DNA of 43,480 nt from an uncultured Gammaproteobacteria bacterium (GTDB taxonomy: Bacteria; Patescibacteriota; Patescibacteriia; CAIXNZ01), in contig CAYNWH010000001.1 of the NCBI GenBank assembly GCA_964400885.1, positions 2,768 to 46,247 on the forward strand, written 5' to 3'. The translations under genes and the position numbers were made by a program. Below, in pieces: positions 8,554 to 17,509 of the stretch; position 1 is the first letter of the stretch; the number at the start of each line of letters is the position of its first letter. Below the pieces are notes generated by a model. The model made no database searches, was not told the DNA's origin, and was given only the letters and a program-made list of their open reading frames with translations.

Positions 8554-9507
8554 TTACTCCTCGTAAATTATCTCTAAGTAGGGTACATCCCCTGTTCCAC
8601 CATGATTACCGCCATCTTCCCACCATGAATTATTCAAAGTTTCTTGACCTTGGCTATCATAGGTCCTTTGAATAAGTTCAAAAGTGAGCAATGAACCTTT
8701 GCGGCTGTTTAGAAAATCTGGCAAAACCGAAGCGTATGTTTTCCAATAGCCATTCAGCGCCGGATACAGGACAAAATGCTGATCAGAGGTCACATAATTG
8801 TGAGCCGGCATCAGGCACCCTTGAGGGAGCCAGAGTGAAAAACCTGTTCTATCTGTGTAATGAGCACAGGTTTCCCAGCCAGCATAATCCGCTTGAGGCA
8901 CCAGTAACTCGCTTATAATAGGAATTACTGTTGGTGAATACGGGTAAGCAAAGGAATCAATTTGATAGATTCCTATTTCGGCTTCGGTAATCTTTTGTGA
9001 GTTCCCTAAGAAACCCAAGTCAAAAGTCACCAAACCATTAGTATTGGGATATCCGTCAGGGGACACATAGTTAGTGTAAATAAATTTATTGTTAGAGTCC
9101 CCCTCCCGGCCAAAGCCTATTGACATAATGACCCTATCATCCTCATATCCTCCCCACCAGCCATCATATTCATTGAGAGAAAAAATGGTCGTGGAGCAGA
9201 TAAAATCCGGACCATTGCAATTATTGTCCAGACCGTCGCAGATTTCAGTGGCGCCGGGATGAACATCTGCATTACTGTCATCACAATCGCTGTTGTTCTG
9301 ACTATAATCATCATCCTTTTGAAGCGCCCAAATCGGGATGTTCGGGTCGCCGTAACCATCGTGATCAGCGTCAAGGTAGAATAACCTATATTCTTTCGGC
9401 GGGAAACAATTCGAGTTGCATTCGCAATCGCGACAATCAATGTCACCGCAACTACTGATCAGGCCCGCAAACACGAGAATCAAGACAAACCAAAGTGCCT
9501 TTTTCAT
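8554..9507 (-). CDS. Lipoprotein with a MopE-type putative metal-binding Cys/Asp repeat
   Basis: Start reassigned to MKKALWF (SD GGAGG); lipobox-like LISSC; FYLDADHDGYGDP and CDDSNADVHPGATEICDGLDNNCNG. Confidence 0.85.
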   Translation of the reverse strand: MKKALWFVLILVFAGLISSCGDIDCRDCECNSNCFPPKEYRLFYLDADHDGYGDPNIPIWALQKDDDYSQNNSDCDDSNADVHPGATEICDGLDNNCNGPDFICSTTIFSLNEYDGWWGGYEDDRVIMSIGFGREGDSNNKFIYTNYVSPDGYPNTNGLVTFDLGFLGNSQKITEAEIGIYQIDSFAYPYSPTVIPIISELLVPQADYAGWETCAHYTDRTGFSLWLPQGCLMPAHNYVTSDQHFVLYPALNGYWKTYASVLPDFLNSRKGSLLTFELIQRTYDSQGQETLNNSWWEDGGNHGGTGDVPYLEIIYEE

Positions 9508-9629
9508 GACTTGTTCCTCCCTTTGGCTACGCCTTAATAGGCCTCTGTTCTCCTTTCTATATATTAAAATATCCTCTCTTATCAAAGAACTATATTTTTA
9601 TAATCTAATATTTTAGCATTTAAAAAGCC

Positions 9630-9677
9630 TTTTGTCAATAAATCCAGCCGCTCGCGAGCGGCTGAATAAAAAACGGC
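9630..9677. repeat. Copy 2 of the palindromic direct repeat; contains the -35 of the lipoprotein promoter
   Basis: ttttgtcaataaatccagccgctcgcgagcggctgaataaaaaacggc; minus strand TTGACA(9638-9633)-17-TAAAAT. Confidence 0.9.
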
Positions 9678-9718
9678 CCATTTTAAGAGCCGTTTCTAAA
9701 AATCTAAAATGCTAAAAT

Positions 9719-12487
9719 CTAATCCAAACTTTTCAATTGTTCTGCCAGTTTCTCTCTTTTCTCCTTTTGCTCATTTAATTTAAACTCTTCTTTTTCCACC
9801 ACTTCTTTTGGCGCTTTTTTTACAAACTCTTTGTTTTTTAATTTTGTTTCCAGTTGTTTAATAAAACCTTTGACACTATCAATTTCATTTTCTAATCGTT
9901 CTTTTTCTTTTTTAAGATCAACCAACCCTTCCAAGTGCAAACAAATTTCTCCTACCCCGGCCAAAACATGAGAAACAGAATTATCAGGTTTTACTTTGCC
10001 AAGTTCCAAATCGCTTAAACGCGCCAAATGAATAATATTATCCATTTGTTCTTTAAATTTTATTTTTTCTGGTTCTGCACAAATAATTGTTACTGCCACT
10101 TTTTTGGCTGGCTCAATTTTAAAATCAGCGCGCAAATTTCTAATGGCCATGACAATTTCTTCAAATTTATAAAATGGATAAAGCACATCATCATATTCAA
10201 TCAGCTTGTCAGTTTCTTCATAATATTCACGATCCTGCATATCAGTAAATAATTCTTTATCTGCCACAGTCGGCCAGTGTTGAATCATTAGCAAATCTTT
10301 TTCTTCCAAATTAGACCAGATTTCTTCGGTCACAAAAGGGATGAACGGATGCCAGAGGATTAAAAGTTTTTCCAAAACATATAATAAAATCTCTTCGGTA
10401 TGCGCGCGTAATTCTTCCAATGGCTTATCAGAACTTTCCTGCATTTGCAGTTTAGATATTTCCAAATACCAGTCAGCCAAATCATCCCAGGTAAACGCCC
10501 GCAAAGTATCAGCTGCCGCAGAAAAATTAAAATTATTTAAATCAGCTGTCACCTGATTAATTGTTATCTCTAACCTGGCTAAAATCCACTCATCAGCCAA
10601 AGTTTCGCCATGCGGCCGTTCAACGGCCCTTCTGACATTATTAACTGAAGTTAAAATATAGCGGGAAATATTCCAAAGCTTATTAACGAAGTTGCGAAAA
10701 CCTTCTACTTTTTCATCATACAAACGTGTATCAGCCCCGGCTGCTGTGCCGGATATCATGGCAATGCGCAAAGCGTCAGTGCCATATTTCTTAATTATAT
10801 CCAAAGGATCAACCACATTGCCCAGAGACTTGGACATTTTCCTGCCCTGTTCATCTCGCACTAAGCCGTGAAGATAAACGGTTTTAAATGGTATTTCTCC
10901 CATTATAAATGTAGTCTGGATAATCATGCGTGCAATCCAGAAAAATAAAATATCATAACCAGTTTCCATGACTGAAGTGGGATGAAATTCCAGATCAGGA
11001 GAATTAGCCCGCCATTCTTCCCAGGTTTTAAATTTTTTATAATCTTTATTTAACAAAGTAGAAAAAGTCCAAAGCCCAGATGAAAACCAAGTATCCAGAG
11101 TATCAGGATCTTGTTCAAAACCTTTTTCTTTTGGTACTGTTAAGCCAACAAAAATTTCTTCATTATCCTTGCCTTTATTTTTGTACCAAACCGGGATCTG
11201 ATGGCCAAACCAAATCTGGCGGGAGATACACCAGTCGCGCAAATTTTCCAGCCAGCGAAAATAATCTTTTTCAAAACGTTCGGGAATAATTTTAATATCC
11301 CGCTCTTTCACTACTTGCAAAGCCACTTCTTTAAGAGATTTATTTTGAAAATATTGATTATCTGCTAAAGTAATTTTTTTATTAACATCCACAAACCATT
11401 GCAAAGACGGCAAAGGTTCAACTGTAGTGCCACAGCGGTAGCAGACGGTCAAATTCATATCAATATCTTCTTCCTTTTCCATTAAGCCCTGGCCTTTCAA
11501 CCAGTTAACTAGTTTTTCTCTGGCGTCCAAAACCGGCAACCCTTCATATTCTGGTCCCGCTGCTTGGGTCATATTGCCATCTTCACCAATCACTTTAATG
11601 ACTGGCAATAAATTTTTTTGCGCCATTTCATAATCAATCATAGAATGCGCCGGAGTCACGCCCAAAGCGCCTGTGCCCAATTTCATATCCACTGAGTCAT
11701 CAGCAATGATTTTTATTTTTTGCTTGCCAGCACCAATATCAACAGTAAAAGTCTGGCCAATGTATTTTTTATAGCGCTGATCTTTAGGATTAACAGCCAC
11801 AGCAGTATCGCCCAGCTTTGTTTCTGGCCGAGTCGTGGAAATAGACAGAGGAAAATCTTTGGCATATTTAAAAGTATAAAATTTGCCTTTAGTTGCCTGG
11901 TATTCAACTTCATCATCAGACAAAGTTGAAAGGCAATGCGGACACCAATTAACAATACGCTGACCACGATAAATCAAACCTTCATTATACATTTTGACAA
12001 AAGCTTGCTTAACGACTTGCGACAATCCCGGGTCCAAAGTATAACGTTCACGCGACCAGTCGCAGGAAGATCCCATTTTACGCACTTGATTATTTATAAT
12101 CTTCCCAGATTCTTCAGCAAATTCTTCAACTTTTTTCAAAAATTTTTCCTTGCCCAAATCATGGCGTGTTTTTTTCTCTTTTTCATATAAAAGCTTCTCC
12201 ACTTTAGCTTGAGTGGCAATTGCCGCATGATCAGTGCCCGGCAGCCATAAAGTCTTTTTGCCCAGCAACCGATTAAAACGCACCATTAAATCCTGATAAG
12301 CCAGCATAATAGCATGGCCAGTATGCAAGGTGCCAGTACGGTTAGGTGGCGGCATGGCAATGGAAAAATTTTTCGCATTATCAGCCACTTTTAAATTATC
12401 AGGATTAAAATAGCCTGATTTCTCCCATTTATTATAAATTTTGTCTTCAACTTTTTGAGGCTGATACGCCTTTTCCATTTCCTTCAT
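9719..12487 (-). CDS. valS: Valine--tRNA ligase
   Basis: PPPNRTGTLHTGH, PGTDHAAIATQ, DWCISRQIWFGHQIP, KMSKS, C-terminal coiled coil. Confidence 0.98.
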   Translation of the reverse strand: MKEMEKAYQPQKVEDKIYNKWEKSGYFNPDNLKVADNAKNFSIAMPPPNRTGTLHTGHAIMLAYQDLMVRFNRLLGKKTLWLPGTDHAAIATQAKVEKLLYEKEKKTRHDLGKEKFLKKVEEFAEESGKIINNQVRKMGSSCDWSRERYTLDPGLSQVVKQAFVKMYNEGLIYRGQRIVNWCPHCLSTLSDDEVEYQATKGKFYTFKYAKDFPLSISTTRPETKLGDTAVAVNPKDQRYKKYIGQTFTVDIGAGKQKIKIIADDSVDMKLGTGALGVTPAHSMIDYEMAQKNLLPVIKVIGEDGNMTQAAGPEYEGLPVLDAREKLVNWLKGQGLMEKEEDIDMNLTVCYRCGTTVEPLPSLQWFVDVNKKITLADNQYFQNKSLKEVALQVVKERDIKIIPERFEKDYFRWLENLRDWCISRQIWFGHQIPVWYKNKGKDNEEIFVGLTVPKEKGFEQDPDTLDTWFSSGLWTFSTLLNKDYKKFKTWEEWRANSPDLEFHPTSVMETGYDILFFWIARMIIQTTFIMGEIPFKTVYLHGLVRDEQGRKMSKSLGNVVDPLDIIKKYGTDALRIAMISGTAAGADTRLYDEKVEGFRNFVNKLWNISRYILTSVNNVRRAVERPHGETLADEWILARLEITINQVTADLNNFNFSAAADTLRAFTWDDLADWYLEISKLQMQESSDKPLEELRAHTEEILLYVLEKLLILWHPFIPFVTEEIWSNLEEKDLLMIQHWPTVADKELFTDMQDREYYEETDKLIEYDDVLYPFYKFEEIVMAIRNLRADFKIEPAKKVAVTIICAEPEKIKFKEQMDNIIHLARLSDLELGKVKPDNSVSHVLAGVGEICLHLEGLVDLKKEKERLENEIDSVKGFIKQLETKLKNKEFVKKAPKEVVEKEEFKLNEQKEKREKLAEQLKSLD

Positions 12488-12612
12488 AAATTAATGATAT
12501 AATCATTATAAAAAAATTTTACCAAAATTAGCCCTTCTTGACAAGAAACAAAATCCCAGCTTAAATATTTGACAGTTTTACTTAAAAATTATAAACTAAA
12601 AAATCACTTCTT

Positions 12613-12640
12613 TTAGTCATTAGTTATTGGTTATTAGTTA
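12613..12640. repeat. Heptamer short tandem repeat
   Basis: ttagtca ttagtta ttggtta ttagtta; same family inverted at 30043-30068 and 35767-35806. Confidence 0.7.
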
Positions 12641-12652
12641 TATGTTAATTTT

Positions 12653-13789
12653 ATGGGTTTAAATACTAATCAACAAATCTTTGAGCTAGTTAAAAATAGC
12701 CAAAAAATTTTAGTTGTCTTCAAAAAGAATTTTTCCAGTGATGCTCTAGCCTCGAGTTTGGCTATTTTTTTACTTTTACAAAAACTAGAGAAGCAAGCCG
12801 ATATTATTTGCCAGGATTTTGTAATTCCTCAAAATTATACTTTTTTGCCGGAAATAAATAAGGTAAAACCAGAAATCCAAGGGTTGAAAAGATTTATTAT
12901 TTCTTTAGAAATAAAAGACAACCGGATTAAAGATTTTTCTTATGACATTAAAAAGGACAAATTGAATATTTACTTAACCCCGGAAAAAGGCACTATTGAT
13001 GAAGAAAAAATCAATTTCAAATCAGGCAACTATAAATATGATTTGATTATTACGATTGATACTGATGACCTGGAATCATTAGGCCAGCTTTATGAACAAA
13101 ACACTGATTTTTTTTACAATACACCGATTGTTAATATTGACCATAATCCGGAAAATGAACAGTATGGCCAGATTAACCTGGTGGAACTGACTAAAACATC
13201 TATTGCGGAAATAATCTTTGATCTAATTGAAGATTATGATATTAAACTGCTTGACTCTAAAATTGCCACCTGCCTTTTAACTGGCATGATTGCTAAAACT
13301 AAAAGTTTTCGTTCAACAAATGTTACGCCACGTGCTTTAAACATTGCCAGCCAATTAATTTTAAACGGAGCGGAACGGGATTTAATTATCCAGCATTTAT
13401 ACCGCACCAAATCAATTAATACTTTAAAACTTTGGGGCAAAGTTTTGGCTCGTTTAAAAAATGATCCCCAGTACAAAATGGCCTGGTCATATTTACAGCA
13501 AAAAGATTTTATAGAGTTAAGCCTGCAAAATCCGAATTTAACCGAAGTGATTGAAGAATTAATTACCACTGCGTCTGAAGCGGAAATTATACTTTTATTT
13601 TTTGAAAATCAGAAAAAGACTATTTCCGCCTTGCTTTATACTTCCAGAAATTATGATTCATTATATTTAGCCAAAAGTTTTAAGCCAGCTGGCAATAAAC
13701 GTTTGGCGGAATTTGAACTTGATAAGACTGACATGGTTGGAGCTGGCAAAGAAGTCATTGAAAGCATTAAAAGCAATTTGCAAAAATAA
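12653..13789 (+). CDS. DHH/DHHA1 family (NrnA-like) protein with degenerate active site
   Basis: DALASSLA, DLIITID, IVNIDHN, IATCLLTGMIAKTKSF follow the DHH family motif order. Confidence 0.85.
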   Translation: MGLNTNQQIFELVKNSQKILVVFKKNFSSDALASSLAIFLLLQKLEKQADIICQDFVIPQNYTFLPEINKVKPEIQGLKRFIISLEIKDNRIKDFSYDIKKDKLNIYLTPEKGTIDEEKINFKSGNYKYDLIITIDTDDLESLGQLYEQNTDFFYNTPIVNIDHNPENEQYGQINLVELTKTSIAEIIFDLIEDYDIKLLDSKIATCLLTGMIAKTKSFRSTNVTPRALNIASQLILNGAERDLIIQHLYRTKSINTLKLWGKVLARLKNDPQYKMAWSYLQQKDFIELSLQNPNLTEVIEELITTASEAEIILLFFENQKKTISALLYTSRNYDSLYLAKSFKPAGNKRLAEFELDKTDMVGAGKEVIESIKSNLQK

Positions 13790-13810
13790 AAAGGGAAAAA
13801 GGAGGGAGAG

Positions 13811-14020
13811 ATGAAGATTGGAGACCAGGAAATCAAAATTGAAACAGATGAAGCCGTCGAATTAAAGGAAGGAGAACACATCCAACTACTCGTGCCCGCC
13901 AGCATGGGCAGAACAGCCGTTCATCTGTCCGTAATCAATGGCAGGCTCGAAATCACAGGAGGATCCTCAATCATTTGCGGGATCGTCGGCCCTGGCATGG
14001 CAGAAAAAGTAAGGGAATAA
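13811..14020 (+). CDS. Hypothetical protein (69 aa)
   Basis: SD AAAGGAGGG; more GC-rich than the upstream gene. Confidence 0.65.
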   Translation: MKIGDQEIKIETDEAVELKEGEHIQLLVPASMGRTAVHLSVINGRLEITGGSSIICGIVGPGMAEKVRE

Positions 14021-14083
14021 TTTTAGTATGCTATTTTACAGTCAACTCGTTTGCCTTACAGTTCGCTTACCTTTCGTTCACTA

Positions 14084-14113
14084 AAAAGGCGAGGAAATAT
14101 TTCCTCGCCTTTT
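14084..14113. terminator. Bidirectional terminator
   Basis: Perfect 30-bp palindrome aaaaggcgaggaaatatttcctcgcctttt between a convergent ORF and tRNA-Val. Confidence 0.8.
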
Positions 14114-14123
14114 AAAATTTTTG

Positions 14124-14197
14124 TGGGCAATAGTGGACTCGAACCACTGACCTTCTCGACGTCAACGAGACGCTCTAACCAACTGAGCTAATTGCCC
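14124..14197 (-). tRNA. tRNA-Val(GAC)
   Basis: GGGCAAT acceptor, TAGCTCAGTTGGTTAGAGC D-arm, TCTCG-TTGACGT-CGAGA anticodon arm, GGTTCGAGTCC T-loop; CCA not encoded. Confidence 0.97.
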
Positions 14198-14282
14198 GTA
14201 TTTAATTTTAAATTCACGATTTCAATTTATCATTTTTTATGCAATTAGCGAAGTTGGTTAATCAAATTATTAAATTTCTCAA

Positions 14283-14346
14283 AACCAACTGCCTGCCCGC
14301 CGAAGTCCTGAGTTTGTCGAAGGACGAAGGCGGGAGCTAATTGCCC
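14283..14346 (-). pseudogene. Duplicate of the 5' 21 nt of tRNA-Val interrupted by a 43-bp REP-like insertion
   Basis: aaccaactg[14292-14334 insert]agctaattgccc is identical to 14177-14197 once the insert is removed. Confidence 0.85.
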
Positions 14347-14350
14347 CCAG

Positions 14351-14423
14351 TCCGCTTGGGTGGATTCGAACCACCGACATCTACCTTATAAGGGTAGCGC
14401 TCTAACCACTGAGCTACAAGCGG
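14351..14423 (-). tRNA. tRNA-Ile(UAU)
   Basis: CCGCTTG/CAAGCGG acceptor plus A73, TAGCTCAGTGGTTAGAGC, CTACC-CTTATAA-GGTAG anticodon arm, GGTGG-TTCGAAT-CCACC T-arm. Confidence 0.93.
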
Positions 14424-14493
14424 TTAAATATGAAAAAATTTTAACAAAAAAATTAAAATTTTTCAATAGCTGTTGATATGATATCATTATAAC

Positions 14494-15549
14494 ATGATTG
14501 CCAAGAGAAAAAACTTAAAAACTTATAATTTTCACCTACTTAAAGAATTAATAGCACAAAAAACAGCCCAACCCGCTGATGCTTGTAAGCTTTTAATTTT
14601 GGACAAAAAAATAAAAAAAATCACTGATGATAAATTTTTAAATTTAATCAACTACCTACAAAAGGGTGATGTTTTAATTTTTAATAATTCCAAAGTCATT
14701 CCTGCACGTTTGATTGGCCAGAAACAAACCGGGGGCAAAGTGGAAATTTTATTATTAAAACAAATCAATTCCAATACTTGGGAATGTTTGGTCGGCAATT
14801 TGCCGATTAAAAAACAAGTCGGCACATTACTCACCTTCGGGGGGAGACAAGGCTTTCATGCCTTGGCTGGGCAAATTGCCGCACGCCAAAAAGACACTGC
14901 CCAGATTAAATTTAATTTATCTGGCCAAAAATTAATGGCTAAAATTTTTCAGCTAGGACAAATGCCGACTCCGCCATATATTAAAAGGATTGCCAAAGCC
15001 AATGAATACCAAACATTTTTTGCTGATCCTAAAAAACTTGGCTCAGTGGCTGCACCCACTGCCGGCCTGCATTTTACCAAAAGAATGTTTAAAAAATTAA
15101 AGGCTAAAGGCGTACAAATAGAATTTGTGACTTTGCATGTCGGACTGGGTACTTTTGCGCCCATTAAAGAACAAGATATTACTAAACATCAAATCCACGA
15201 AGAATATTTTGAACTGGATAAACAAACAGCCCAAAGATTAAACCAAGCTAAAAAAGAAAAACGCCGCATTATCGCAGTCGGCACAACTTCAGTTCGCGGA
15301 ATTGAAACTTGCGTTGTTTCGTCCTCATTACTAAAGCCACAAAACTCACACACAAAAATTTACATCTACCCCGGCTACAAATTTAAATTTGTTGACGCTC
15401 TAATCACCAACTTTCATCTGCCTCAATCAAGTTTAATCCTGCTGGTCAGCGCTTTTGCCGGCACAAATTTTATAAAAAAAGCTTATCAGCATGCTATCAG
15501 AAAAAAATATCGTTTTTACTCATTTGGCGATGTGATGCTGATCAAATAA
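14494..15549 (+). CDS. queA: S-adenosylmethionine:tRNA ribosyltransferase-isomerase
   Basis: FNNSKVIPARL, GSVAAPTAGLHFT, VTLHVGLGTF, AVGTTSVR, TNFHLPQSSL, YRFYSFGD. Confidence 0.97.
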   Translation: MIAKRKNLKTYNFHLLKELIAQKTAQPADACKLLILDKKIKKITDDKFLNLINYLQKGDVLIFNNSKVIPARLIGQKQTGGKVEILLLKQINSNTWECLVGNLPIKKQVGTLLTFGGRQGFHALAGQIAARQKDTAQIKFNLSGQKLMAKIFQLGQMPTPPYIKRIAKANEYQTFFADPKKLGSVAAPTAGLHFTKRMFKKLKAKGVQIEFVTLHVGLGTFAPIKEQDITKHQIHEEYFELDKQTAQRLNQAKKEKRRIIAVGTTSVRGIETCVVSSSLLKPQNSHTKIYIYPGYKFKFVDALITNFHLPQSSLILLVSAFAGTNFIKKAYQHAIRKKYRFYSFGDVMLIK

Positions 15550-15616
15550 GCTTGATTTTTAAATCATGATAGACTAAGCTAAATTAAGTTGTTTAAATAT
15601 ATCAAGGAGGGGAAAA

Positions 15617-15871
15617 ATGGGTGAAAAGCATCGAACAGTTCTTATATATATAGTTGACGATGCTATGCAAGCAACAAAGATAGATGGTGATGATGCCTGG
15701 GTTTATACGCAAATTGTGGCTGAAGCTTTAAAACTGCTTAAAGAGCAAGCTCCAGAAAAATTTGAAATTTTTACCCAGCTAAAAACCACTAGAGTACGTT
15801 TGCTTGTCCGCAAAGTTACAGGCCCAGAGTTTGATAAAATCACCAAGCAGCAAAAGGAGGATCAAGAATAA
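15617..15871 (+). CDS. Hypothetical protein, one copy of a ~55-aa module
   Basis: SD AAGGAGGGG; similar to both halves of the next ORF (LKLLKEQAPEK vs LKLLKEKPEK). Confidence 0.7.
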   Translation: MGEKHRTVLIYIVDDAMQATKIDGDDAWVYTQIVAEALKLLKEQAPEKFEIFTQLKTTRVRLLVRKVTGPEFDKITKQQKEDQE

Positions 15872-15995
15872 AAATGGTCCTCTTTTTTAATTTTAAAAAA
15901 GCTTACCTTATTCTTTTGGCAATGTCACGCTGATCACTTGACATAAGATAAAAAATTGTTTACATTAAAATATAACTCAAAGGAGGTGATGACCT

Positions 15996-16373
15996 GTGGC
16001 TAGGACTATCAAAATAATTTTTGTTAAGCCAAGTGGCGTTGGTTTGCTTCTCGAAGGCGAAGACTTAACCAAGTATAATAATCTACATAACCAAGCCATT
16101 GAAGCTTACAAAAGAGCTTCTCGCATGCTGGAAAAAATCAGAGGCGCTACTGCCAGGTTTGAATATGAAATAATTGATCCTGTAACTGTGGCCAACGAAG
16201 ATTTGCAGGTTCCGGCAAATAAGATCATCATTGTTAAAGATGATGGCACAACTTTGCTGCTGGAGAAAGAAGCTTTTACCAGCTATCAGGAACATCATTT
16301 TCAGGGACTAAAATTGCTTAAAGAAAAACCGGAAAAAATCCAGGGTCAAACAGTCAGAGTGACCTTTTTATAA
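15996..16373 (+). CDS. Hypothetical protein, two tandem copies of the same module
   Basis: GTG start, SD AAAGGAGGT, promoter TTGACA-17-TACATT, hairpin and T-tract at 16377-16405. Confidence 0.72.
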   Translation: MARTIKIIFVKPSGVGLLLEGEDLTKYNNLHNQAIEAYKRASRMLEKIRGATARFEYEIIDPVTVANEDLQVPANKIIIVKDDGTTLLLEKEAFTSYQEHHFQGLKLLKEKPEKIQGQTVRVTFL

Positions 16374-16457
16374 AACAGAGAGGCTGCAACAAGTCTCTCT
16401 TTTTATTTAAAATATATAATAAAGACGGCCCCGAGAAGGACCGCCTTAATAAAAAAA

Positions 16458-17384
16458 TTATAAAGCCTTAAGTATAGTATTTTTAAGCTTTTCTCCAGAG
16501 CCCAAGACAGCCTGCAAATCCTGCTCCACCTGAATCAGAATTTCACCACCCAAAGCTTCCAGGTTTTTAGCTGAAAGTTCAGCTGCCTCGGCAATTTTAG
16601 GCCTTAAGGCAGATAAGTGACTAGCCAGCGCCCGGATCAGTAAAACATCGGGATTCATTTCCGGCGCTTTGCCTTTTTTGGGTTTAAGAGGTTTGGTAGT
16701 CCCCTGGGCTGCTCTAGCAACAACCAAAGAAATTTCTTCATGCCTCAATGCACTGCCCTTTTCCTCTTTGGCCGCTTTTAATTTTTCAACTATGGCAGGC
16801 TGTTTATCCTGCGGAAAACGAGAAGCTGCTAAGGCCATGGCCGGCGTAATTCGCCTTTCAAGTAAATCATCGGCCACTCCAGAATGCAATTTCAGATACT
16901 TAAGCATATTAGAAACCCACCCCGGAGTCTTGCCTACCAAAGCAGCGACCTCTCCCTGATTCAAATCATACAAGTTCATCAATCGCTGCAAGGCTCTAGC
17001 AGTTTCGATCTCGGTCATGTCTTCCCGGCAAAAATTGGAAATGACTGATTCCCGAAAAAGAGCCTTTTCATCAGCATGTCGACAAGAACTTAAAATAACC
17101 GGCACATGCGGCAGATTCAATTCTGTTGCTGCCCGGAAACGACGTTCACCGTCAACCAGACTGGCATTGCCAGCTACATCAAGAGGCATAATCCGCAATG
17201 GTGTTAATATGCCGACTGCCTTGATCGATTTTTTAAGAGCATCCATCTTTTCCGGATCAAAATACTTACGTGGCTGTTTAGGATTCGGCTGAATCAACTT
17301 CCTATCCCATAAAAGATAACCATCCGGAGACCTTGTCGGCTGATAAGGCTCGACTGATTTACCCTTATTACGCTTTTTAGCCAT
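16458..17384 (-). CDS. ParB/Spo0J family protein (no adjacent parA)
   Basis: IQPNPKQPRKYFD, GILTPL, LVDGERRFRA box II, SNFCREDM, HTH QGEVAALVGKTPGWVSN; SD AAAAGGAGG; own promoter and terminator. Confidence 0.9.
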   Translation of the reverse strand: MAKKRNKGKSVEPYQPTRSPDGYLLWDRKLIQPNPKQPRKYFDPEKMDALKKSIKAVGILTPLRIMPLDVAGNASLVDGERRFRAATELNLPHVPVILSSCRHADEKALFRESVISNFCREDMTEIETARALQRLMNLYDLNQGEVAALVGKTPGWVSNMLKYLKLHSGVADDLLERRITPAMALAASRFPQDKQPAIVEKLKAAKEEKGSALRHEEISLVVARAAQGTTKPLKPKKGKAPEMNPDVLLIRALASHLSALRPKIAEAAELSAKNLEALGGEILIQVEQDLQAVLGSGEKLKNTILKAL

Positions 17385-17509
17385 GACTCCTCCTTTTTAT
17401 TTTCAATTTTTGAGAACGATTTTTTTATTACTTTAACAAAATCAATTTTAAATGTCAAAATTTTTCGCTTGTTTTAAGCTTAAAAATCGGGTATTCTTTA
17501 AATAAGATT

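Noticed and set aside
8421-9677. CRISPR array or classical integron
   Set aside because: Only two repeats 1.2 kb apart; no cas gene, no integrase, and no convincing attC RYYYAAC/GTTRRRY ends.
14351-14423. Reading this tRNA as tRNA-Met or Ile2(CAU)
   Set aside because: The anticodon loop is CTTATAA within a perfect 5-bp stem, so the anticodon is UAU.
15852-15933. SD-like AAAAGGAGG plus a 19-codon ORF after the 15617 gene
   Set aside because: The SD is too far from the ATG and pairs with tcctcttttt to form a terminator-like hairpin.
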